A stretch of DNA of 62,475 nt, the filler included. It is 20 parts of 20 records of this genome, joined end to end, with 100 filler letters (N's around TTAATTAATTAA, not from the genome) between each part and the next. Parts side by side here need not be neighbours in the genome. Positions count along the whole stretch, not along the records: positions 52,272 to 55,917 come from SRR36015646_32957; positions 56,018 to 58,460 come from SRR36015646_33095; positions 58,561 to 62,475 come from SRR36015646_33481; 17 more parts are not named here. One strand, written 5' to 3'. Below the pieces are notes generated by a model. That model had not been told where the DNA came from, did no database searches, and was given only the letters and a program-made list of their open reading frames with translations. The position numbers were made by a program, and so were the translations under genes. Of the stretch, positions 52,433 to 62,475 are shown in pieces (position 1 is the stretch's first letter; each line of letters starts with the position of its first letter).

Positions 52433-55400
52433 ATGGATTCTGTGAAACTCACAGTACCACACGAAGACGTTTCGGTTGATGCAACTAAATGCATAATTTG
52501 CCAGAAAAACTCGGGTGATAAAACATTGAGCACCACCAATGGGTGCAAACGGATACGTGAGGCAAGTGAGGTCCACGGTGACTGTGTTTCTAAGAGACTG
52601 AGGCTGGTTGAAGGGGATGAGTTTGTGTACCACATGACGAACGAATGTTATAAAATGTACACTATGAAAACTGTTCTAGATAGAGTAAAGAAAAAGAGTT
52701 TCATTCAATGCCAAGACCCTTCAGTTTCCGATCAGAATGCGACAGAAAACAGAAGCCCCCGTTACAAGGCAGTCCGTCATCCACCAAATCCAGAGATGAC
52801 AGCAACAGCCTTACGCGATGTCAACTGTATCATCTGTGACAGTAAATCGCACAACAAACAGTACAGCAAGTATCGCATTTGTGAATCTACCCGTGCGTCA
52901 TCGTTTCTTTCTGCCGCAACTTTCTTTCAAGATGCAGTGTTTAACAGGACTTGTGACCTTCAGGATCCGTTCGCTGTGTTTGGTGCAGATCTTTACTATC
53001 ACGGGCCCTGCATGACTAAGTACTTGTATAAGTATGACTCTCGTGACAAAGCCTCGCAACTGAAAGTGTATGCGAAAAAGCTTGCATGGAATCAGGTTGT
53101 TAAGGAGTTAGAGCACGGTCTGAAAAATGGCAAGGGTTATGAACTGAATGTTATTAAAGACCATTTGAACAGTATTGATAATAATTGTAATTTTCGCAAT
53201 AGAGATGTGAAAATGTTCTTGATTAACCAGTTTGGTGGTGAGATTGACTTCGCATATCCCAGTGCTGTAAACAAATCAATTATGGTATTCAGTGTTCCAA
53301 ATACTTCATTAGCTGCCCATATTCGTTCTGTTGATCCGGTTCAGGTATGTGCTAGTGTGATTAGGAAGGCTATAAATGATTATGATTTTGGCCTTGAAGA
53401 TAGCTTTTGTGATGCACAAGATCTAAAAAATGCTTTGAGTAACATGAATATCCCTGAACCTGTACTCCGTTTTTTCGGTCACTTGTATAATTTCAATCCT
53501 GTAAACTACACTAAAGCAGCAAAAGCAGTCATGAATGAGGATAATGAACTAGCTGATGATGATGATGATGCAGATGATCCTGTTGATGATGCTGTCCAAG
53601 ATAGCGGGCCATTAGATTGTGAACTTTCAGTCCAACGATGCAGAAAGGTACAGTCACTTTTTCAAATAATGTACTATGTACACCACAGTGGAAGAAGGAA
53701 AACACCTATGCATATTATGAATGCAGAATCTGTTCATGCCCTTGGACGCGGAGGGAAAATTGTGACACAGACTTTGAACCATGAAGGACTTGCTATCAGC
53801 TACCCAGAACTTCGTAGATATCAACATGACATTGCATCATTCACTGCACAACATAACGAAGATCATGTCGCACTACCTTCCCACTTTGATCCAGGACAGT
53901 TCACTTCAGGTGCCATTGACAACTGGGATCATGAGGGCACAAATGTCTCAGAACATGATACAGTGACTGTACTATTCCAGGATAAGCCACCATCATCAAC
54001 CCATAAACCCAAGATCTCGGACACCCAAGTCACACATGGTCCACAAGCTTTCAAGCAAGTCCTTCCATGTCAAGTACTCTCCGATTTCTACAAGCCTGCA
54101 CGCCGTGCTGACATCCCAACAACCTATGAAGTGACTGATGAAGTGTATACTTCCTCAAAAGCGGATTCATCAAAATTGAAGGATGTGTGCTGGTCACTTG
54201 CACGTCTAGATCTCGCACTGAATCAAGTCTCCATCTACCCTCAGTCACAGACAATGCCTTCGTGGAGTGCAAGCAACTCAGTTTGGACTGACGAGACAAT
54301 TCCAGAAAAGAATCTAGCATTCCTGCCGGTGCTACCACATCCAGTCACGGAGTACTCAACAGTTTATACTGCAATGAAGAATTTCATGGAAATTGGCTCG
54401 CAGCTTACTCAAAATGAGATACCCATGTATTGCGATGAAGGAGTATATTGCATCGTTCGTGAAATACAGCTGATAAGGCCAGCGGAATTCCGGACTCTGG
54501 TACCATGCCTAGGAACGTTTCACTTACTCAAAACTGTTCTGAAGTGTATTGGCAAATACCTTGGAGGAAGTGGAGCTGACATCACATGGTTGCAGCCCGG
54601 TGTCTTTGGTCCCACAGTCATTGAAAATTCTGTTCTAAATGGTGGCCACTACAGCCGCTGTCTTGAGGGAATGCAGCTTCTTGCTGAAGCTTTTGAGCGT
54701 CTTCTGCTCAAAGAATTCTTCACTGACAAAGGCATTCACAAATATGCACCTGAGCTTGCCATACTGACAAACCTCAAGTCTGCCGTCGAGAAGAAGAACA
54801 TCGCTGATAGTCAGCAGTACATGGTCGAGTTTGGTGAAGCATCAAAGAAGTTATGCGAAGATCTGAACATGTTCATCAAAACACGGTCTGATTCCAATGA
54901 AAACTTCAAGTTCTGGGCTGCATTCCTTGATATGATGGCTGTTGTCCATGACATTTTGAGAGCTGATCGTGAGGGGATTTGGGAACTTCACCTGGATGCT
55001 GTTCAGCGTGCTTTATACTTGTTTCAGGCATTTGATTCCACCAACTACACGCGGTGGTGTTCACTCTATCTAGAAGACATGAGACGCCTGCCTGAGACAG
55101 CACCATCAGTCTATGAGAATTTCGTTAAGGGCAGTTTTTCAATCAAAGAGAAACCAGGCCGATTCACTGCTGTTGGAGGAGACCAGAAATTAGAGCAAAG
55201 CATTAACCTTTCATCCAAGTGCAGCGATGGAGTCATTGGGCATGCAAAGCAAAAGCAATATGTGGCTCAGTGGGACTTGATCTACCACGAGATGATGGCA
55301 GTAAAGAACCTGCATCGCCAATATGCTAATGTGGTGGAGACAACACATGAGACATACACCCACCATGAATCATCTAAAGCCACAACGTACCGCAAAGAGT

Positions 55401-55917
55401 CACACATCCAGGGGATGATGAGATTCATTGAAGAGAAAGGGTCACCCCTCTCTGTAGGTGCTTCTCCAACACTGCAAAATTTTGTGACAAAAGAGGTTAT
55501 GTCCGACGACATCAGGAATGACATGCTGAATGCTTTTGCAAAAGGGAAAGAAAGGTACCTGACATTTAGGAAAGCGAGATTTTTCCACAAAACGACACGA
55601 ATCAGTAACACCATTCATCGTTCAAATTTGAAAACAATGAAAAGTATCCGTAACAAGCCACAGAAGACAATCAGAAAGACAGTGAAGGAGATGAATATAA
55701 CAGAGAAAAGCATTGAAATTGCTCGGGAGCGTGGCCTCTCGACTCAAGAACTGTTAAAATATGATGTTGTTCCCTCCCCAGTGTTGGTTGATGATAAAGG
55801 AATGATGACAAAGCCAGCAAAGAGTCAGTTAATCAAGGAGTTGGAGGTACATCTCAAACCTGAGGATTACAACTATAGTCACTGTAGCAATGCTTCCTTC
55901 ATAATGGACGTCATGGC
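52433..55917 (+). CDS. Second Academ(X)-type transposase, 3' truncated at the start of the XPG-like domain
   Basis: CIIC, YH..CY, ADLYYHGPC, GAIDNWD, HDT, YCDEGVY, LGTFH, STNYTRW, DQKLEQSIN, KPAKSQL, FIMDVM are colinear with the 36266-40660 protein. Upstream branch point and acceptor ctaat..ttttgtttatttacAG at 52348. Confidence 0.85.
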
Positions 55918-56017
55918 NNNNNNNNNNNNNNNNNNNNNNNNNNNNNNNNNNNNNNNNNNNNTTAATTAATTAANNNNNNNNNNNNNNNNNNNNNNNNNNN
56001 NNNNNNNNNNNNNNNNN

Positions 56018-56128
56018 ATGAACCAAGCAGGAAAAAAGGCAATCGCAAACAACATTGCAAAGGAAATTCGCAAGGCAATGGGGGCAGGTAAAAATTTTCA
56101 ACCATTAGAGGACCGTCCACCAATATAG
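56018..56128 (+). CDS. Probable LINE ORF1 C-terminus (end of an SGNH-esterase-like domain)
   Basis: MNQAGKKAIANNIAKEI...PPI* resembles the helix after the DGxH motif of CR1/L2 ORF1 esterases and overlaps the ORF2 frame. Confidence 0.45.
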   Translation: MNQAGKKAIANNIAKEIRKAMGAGKNFQPLEDRPPI

Positions 56129-58460
56129 CACCTGGAATATCTATAATCAGTTGGAATATAGGCGGACTGAAAAATAAACTGCTTGATGAAACATTTCTTG
56201 ACATGATCCAAAAAAACGACTTAATTTTTCTTTATGAGACTTGGTTAGAACCAGAGTTTGAAATACAGCTAGAAAATTATGTAAGTATCAATATTGCTAG
56301 ATCGAAGAAGCACCCAAAAGCTATAAGATATGCTGGTGGAATAGCCCTGCTAGTAAAATTAGATATTGCAGATAGAGTAAAAATTGTTGATAAATCAGAA
56401 AATTATGTTTGGGTTGAAATTAAGGCTGATATCAATAAATATTATATATGTTCTACATACGTACCACCAGTCAGATCATATATGTATAATAATGATTTTT
56501 CTGTAGATGATTTATATAGCAAAATACTTGATGACACGGGTAAGTATCTTTTACTTGGTCAGGTATTCGTATGTGGTGACTTGAACTCGAGATCGGGCAC
56601 CGTTAGTGACTACATCCCACATGATATTAATGATAATTTTGATCCAACTATTACAACAACAAATTCAGGCTCAATAGACTTTCTCAAACGATTCTCCAAA
56701 GATAAAATTAGTAACGAATTTGGCGCGAAGCTTATAAACTTTTGTAAAGCAAGTGGTTTGTTTATTATAAATGGCAGACTTTTTGATGACAAAGGGATAG
56801 GTAATTTTACATTTATGTCCCCAAGGGGCAATAGCGTTATAGACTACTTATTGTGCGACTATAGTACTATGCAGTTTTTAACCACATTTTCGATAGGGCC
56901 ACTGATAATTGGGTCTGACCACAAGCCAGTTCAGTTCACCCTAAAAAATGTCTCTAGAGAGACGACGCACACTGGCCTTACAAATCGTAGTCTAGAACCA
57001 GTTTATAAATTTCGCTGGGAATCTGAAAAACTTCTTAAATTTATACAAAATTTCTTTGACGAGGAAGCTTTGCAGCGTTTATATATTTTTGAGGAGGAGT
57101 TAATTAATGGGGCCGTATCCACAACTGAGGCATGGAATTTACTTTACCAGTACATCCACTACACATGCACTAGGACTTTCAAAAAAATAACTGTGAAACC
57201 CAAAAAAGTAAATTTATCCCATCGTCCGAATAATCATTGGTTTGATGACGAGTGTAAGCTAGCTAAAAGAGAAGCCCATCTAAAATTAAAAGAATCAGAA
57301 AGAAATGGAATTATAAATCTAGATTGTGAATTGGCAATTAAAAATTACAAAAAACTCACACAGCGTGCAAAGCGAAGGCATCAAAAAGAATGTATCCTAG
57401 AGCTGCAGAACTCTGTGACTAGTGATCACACGCAATTTTGGAGGAAGCTGAAATCCTTTCAAACTCGTAAATGTAATCAAATACCAATTCACCTGGATAC
57501 ATTCTATGAACACTATCAAAATGCTTCAAAGCCAAATCTTCTCATTTATAACAACCAGGAACTGGAGTTGAATATCGGAAATTTCTTAAATAATTATGAT
57601 TTTGATCATGTTGTCCTCTCTGACTGCATTTATGATGATATTCTAAATTGTACTATATCATTGGAAGAAATTCAGCATTCTCTTGTGAATTTGAAAAATA
57701 ATAAAGCTGTTGGTTTAGATTCCCTACCGTCAGAAATTTTTAAATACTCCAGTGATACACTGGCTAAACCACTATGCATTCTTTTCAACTATGTATTTGA
57801 TACTGGTGATTATCCAACTAGCTGGTCGGAAGGTGTTATAAAACCTATACACAAAAGTGATGAAATTCTTCTATGTGATAATTATCGGAAAATAACCATT
57901 TTAAATGCTATTAGTAAAGTTTTTGACTACATCTTAAATAATAGATGGAATTTCCTTAACAATGTTACCCAGAGAGAAGATTGTTACCAAGGGGGGTTTA
58001 AAACAGATAGCCGAACCACTGATAATGTCTTCATTCTGAATTCAATTATAGAGAAGTATCTCTGCCTGAACCAAAAACTATATGTTTGTTTTGTAGACTT
58101 TTCCAAAGCTTTTGATACAGTTAACCGCAGTTTTTTAATATACAAATTAATCAAAAATGGCATCAAGGGGAAATTTCTAAAAATTATCAAGTCAATGCTC
58201 TCGAGGACTAAAAGCAAAGTATGTATAAATAACATTTTTTCAAATTTCATACTAGAAATTATAGGCATTCAGCAAGGTGGAAAAATTAGCGCTTCTACCT
58301 TCAAAGAATTTTTAAGCGATTTGAAAGAATATTTAAATCAAATATGTGGTATTTTTCTAGATAATAATTTATGTAATTACTTACTGTGGGCAGATGACTT
58401 GGTACTAATGTCCTCCACACCAGAAGATTTACAACAACTACTAGACTCTTTGAATGTATT
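56092..58460 (+). CDS. CR1-group LINE ORF2 (APE + RT), 3' truncated
   Basis: IISWNIGGL (upstream of the first ATG at 56203), LYETW, GGIA, TYVPP, CGDLNSR, SVIDY, SDHKP, WFDDEC, KAVGLD, NYRKITI, QGGF, FVDFSKAFDTV, GIQQG, LLWADDLV. Confidence 0.9.
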
Positions 58461-58560
58461 NNNNNNNNNNNNNNNNNNNNNNNNNNNNNNNNNNNNNNNN
58501 NNNNTTAATTAATTAANNNNNNNNNNNNNNNNNNNNNNNNNNNNNNNNNNNNNNNNNNNN

Positions 58561-61500
58561 CCAATTACTCCCTTCAATTCAGTTGTTTCTTCTTTCGATA
58601 GGTATGAATCTTTCTCTGCCGCTCTTTTTCTAGCAACAGGAATTTCATGGATAGTGTCGATGTAGTGGTTCTGCGTGAGTGCAATACCGTCCTCACTCTG
58701 TTCTACTTCCAATCCAACATACTTGAATTTCATCTGCTCGTGTTTGCCTATCTGAAACCTGGCAGATATCTTGGCAACTATACTACTGTGGAATTTCGAT
58801 GATCCTGCAAACAAGAAATCGTCAACATGCATAACAAGTATGCCTCGCAGGTGATTACCGTCATACCAGCGAAATAAAGCATGATCTAATTTGGATTGTT
58901 TACATCCAAGCTTCAAAAGCTCATCATGCACACTAAGATACCAGTTTCTGGAAGCATCATCAAGTCCATAGACCACCTTTTCCAGTTTCCATAATATGCC
59001 ATCTTCTGCGAACTCAACAGGTGGTGTAATAAATACGTCCCGTTCTATCTTCTTGCCCTGTAAAAAGGCAGCTTTAACATCAATTGATTCACATCGCCAT
59101 CTGTGATTAGCTGCTACTGCCATAAAAACTCTCAGAGTAGGCTTCGATGCCGTAGGCGAGTCTGCTTGAACCTTGTCTTCCTCTTCGAATCCCCGTACCA
59201 CCAAGCGTGCTTTTACTCCTTTGCTTCCATCAGCTGACACCTTTTCCGTTATAACCCATCTCGTTGACAGAGCGTTCTGTCCAACATCTGCTACTTCAGT
59301 AAAGACTTCAAATTGTTTCCAGTTTTCCAGTTCACTTTCCTTGGCTTTGATTACTTCATCATTGTTATGGTCCTCTAATGGGACAAACGTTATATTGACA
59401 TCTTCACTGTGTTCTCCATTGTTCCCAGACTGGATGGTTTCATTCGGCACTCCAATGATTTCGTAGTCGACTTGTTTTAAGTCTATACCCATTAGCCTCT
59501 GATCTTCCTCGGTTCTGACATTGAGATAGTGCTTGTTCTTTCCGGTAACTTTACCACCTCGTCCAACTACAGTGGCCTTTGTCCACGTATCAGAGTCGAG
59601 AAGACGAAATTTGATCTTTTGGTTTGCTGTCGGTAGCACATTTAAATTTGATATGGCCTGATCCGGTGTACGTCTATGTGCACCGATATCCACATCTATT
59701 TCTGGAATAGCATGGCCCTCGAACAAATCATTGTCTTGCTGTGTCGCTTGCCTTTGCAATTGTTGCTCGTTTTGATCGCTTTGATCTTCGTCACTTGACA
59801 TTTCACCATCCATAGCGGTAGGATTAATGGTCGTCTGTCGATTTGTATTCTCAACCTTTGCAAAATTATCATCTTGACAAGCAGCTCGATGGAACTCGTT
59901 ACCCACTTTAACCAGACTACATGTGGAAACTCGAACAAGTTGATCTCCAAACCTCACAAAAACGATCTTTCCGTCTTGTCCAATCACTTTTCCAGGACCT
60001 CTCCATCTCTTGCTATCATTTCTCTTAAAGAACACCTTGTCACCATGCTGAAAAGGTTCAGATGATGTCCTTACTTGATGTCGCAATGCCCTACGTATTT
60101 TTTCTGACGTTTCTGCTTTGACAAATGCTTTCCTAGCGTTGTGTAATGCATTTAGATGACTGGCGACTTGGTTGCTGATAGTCACACCTTCCAAAGCCGG
60201 CAATTTGTCTACCAAGACCGATGGTAAGTTTGGGTTTTGTCCAAATACAAGCTGATATGGTGAGAATCCATTGTGCGTCTGCAATGCATTTTTTGCATTA
60301 ACTGCCCATGCCAAGGCTTGGTCGATACTCAGGTTTGGGTCATCTTCCAGCAATTTCTCCACGCAGTTATCAACTACCGCATGATTCCGTTCACAGACCC
60401 CATTCTGCCATGGGCTCTCCGCAGCTGTATGGCAGACTTCGACATTGAAATTTTCGCACATGTCTTTGTATTGATCATTCGCAAATTCACCTCCATTGTC
60501 TATCAAAAATCTTTTGGGAGCACCTAGTCCTACACCAATCCAACCAGTTATCACATTGTCAATGATAACAGCGGGAAGCTTTCTTCGGATCACTAGTGAC
60601 AATGTAAATCGTGTAAAAAGATCAATCATATGCAAGAAATATGTACCAGGTCTAGAAGTGTATTCCTTTAGATCCATGGCAACTACCTCATTAAATTTTG
60701 TCGCTAACGGCATAGATACGACTGGCCTTGGCTTGTTACGCTGTAGACGCTTACATGGCATACATGACTCCGAGATTTCATCAATAATATTTCCGCAGTC
60801 CTGGTCATATGCTTCTGCATTTTTCATCAACGATTTTAAGTTTTCGGCTGAAGGATGTGCAAACTGCTTGTGAAGTTTCTGTATCATCTTCTGTTTTTCC
60901 TCCAAAGATTTCTCATTGATCGTGACATGTACATATTCCACTGGAACTTTGCATTCTTTTAAAGGCAGACAATAGTGACCAGAAGATGTATTCTGTAATT
61001 CGACAGTCTTTCCAAATATTTCCGCGGTGTCATTCTGTAAGTTCAATTTAAATCCTGCCGTTTTCATGTATGGTTTGCTTAGAAGCAACGGAATGTCAGT
61101 GTCTACAATATCTGTAGTGATTCTCACGTCCTTACCAGCCAGATTGCAAGGAAATACTATTTTCTCTAACGATTTCAAACGCAGCTGTCCACCAAACTTG
61201 AATATTCTATTTCCCGGCATATACTTCACTTGCTTCTTCTCATCAGCAGTAAGAGATTCCAGATAGGTGTCTCGCCATAAACATCCAGCTACATTTGAAG
61301 TACATGCACTGTCTACTACGGCTGCATTTGCTGCCTCGCACATCAAAATTTCTTTTTCTTCTTCGCTATATTCCTCCAGTATCAGTGCTTCCTCTTCCTT
61401 GCCTTTGTTTTCATCCAGCTTGCATTTACTCATTTGAAACGCTTCTTCGCTGTCAACATTATAGACATTTTGATCTCTATTTTCCCATGAGTGAGGACAA

Positions 61501-62438
61501 TCTCTAACCATATGTCTTATAGACTCGCACGCATGGCACTTAATTGGATTCCCACTAGGATCCAAAGGATTCGTGTTTCTGCTCCGATTTCCACCATATG
61601 TACTCCTGCTTGTGCTACCTCCACGATTTTGATAGCCGCCTCCACCGCGATTGCCGCCACGATTCTGGGACGCATTTCCACCCCTCCACGGCTGATTCTG
61701 AGCTCCATACCCTCGTGAGTTTGTGCCACGACCACCTCGATTTCCCCGAAATGATCCTCCTCCTCTGTAGCCGCCTCTGCTATACGTGTACAGTGCCTCG
61801 TCGTAACTCGCTAAGTATGGGGTTTCCTCCTTAACATGAGACTCACCCGCTCTGGTACGGTTCACGCTTATGGTTTGGTCGCTGAAGAACTTTTTAAGTG
61901 ACGTTTTCATTTGTTCGTACAGTTCGTCTTTCTTTTCATAGTCTACACCGGTTAATATCAATTGGTTGTCTTTCTGAGGTAACATGGCCCCATCCAAGAG
62001 TTGCATCGCTAACACGACGGCAGGCAAGTCAATGCCATGTTTCTTCAGCTGTGACCAATTACGTTCGTACTCGAGTATGTAGTGATTCATCTTTTCAGCC
62101 TCAGACCTGCGATATTTGATGAAAACTGACCATGCATCACATATTTCCGTTAGATCATCTCTCTTGAACCACCGGTCCAACACACTTATGATCTGCTCCA
62201 CAGCATTCTGACTGCCCACTTCGACTTCCTGATTTTCAATTGAAATTAGTAGTTTTTCTCGTACTCCAGTGTGATCGTCCTCAGGCAGGGAATTGAACAC
62301 CAGCCATCCCATTTGTTCCTTTTTAACATTGGTGAACTGTTTCCATAACCCGAGCTCTACACGGTATGCCGCATACGGTTTCTTCGTAAGGTTCCACACG
62401 GGCGGGGCTCGGATGTCCTTTTTTTCATTTGCAGACAT
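58561..62438 (-). CDS. Ty1/Copia (GalEa-like) gag-pol polyprotein, 3' truncated
   Basis: Order gag, RGG tract, CHACESIRHMVRDC, VVDSACTS, LHKQFAH..CMPC, AMDL, IDNGGEF, NGVCERNH, KARLVVRGF, DVKAAFLQG, VYGLDDA, MHVDDF (integrase before RT). Confidence 0.93.
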
Positions 62439-62475
62439 TGTGAACGTATGTTAACGCACGACGCTATATTCTTCT

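Overview
This is not one contiguous locus. It is 20 separate 2.1-5.7 kb contigs joined by an artificial 100-nt linker (N44-TTAATTAATTAA-N44), so adjacency across linkers carries no biological meaning. The contigs are 1-5729, 5830-8026, 8127-10907, 11008-13128, 13229-15608, 15709-19186, 19287-21766, 21867-24418, 24519-28088, 28189-30856, 30957-33738, 33839-36043, 36144-40919, 41020-43694, 43795-47151, 47252-49384, 49485-52171, 52272-55917, 56018-58460 and 58561-62475. Almost all are intact-ORF pieces of eukaryotic mobile elements, probably from a marine invertebrate. They comprise five Ty3/Gypsy pieces, one BEL/Pao, one Ty1/Copia (GalEa-like), one Ngaro/DIRS tyrosine-recombinase retroelement, one Penelope-like element, two Tx1/L1 ORF2s, a CR1-group ORF1/ORF2 junction, a LINE-type ORF1, two Maverick/Polinton pieces and two AcademX DNA transposons (one complete with 30-bp TIRs). 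There is also an env-like fusion glycoprotein gene, and two contigs I cannot classify. The most notable sequence-level observations are: (i) an env-like gene whose signal peptide appears to come from a separate upstream exon and which carries a second membrane module after its anchor; (ii) a Gypsy pol with two degenerate macrodomain-like regions; (iii) a Maverick basic core-protein gene split by an intron just after its GG-F motif; (iv) a capsid-like segment inside a Gypsy pol with an atypical protease motif; and (v) several recoding signals (a -1 frameshift pseudoknot, two UGA-C readthrough junctions and a slippery heptamer at a LINE ORF1/ORF2 overlap). All family calls are from motif recognition by eye; no searches were run.
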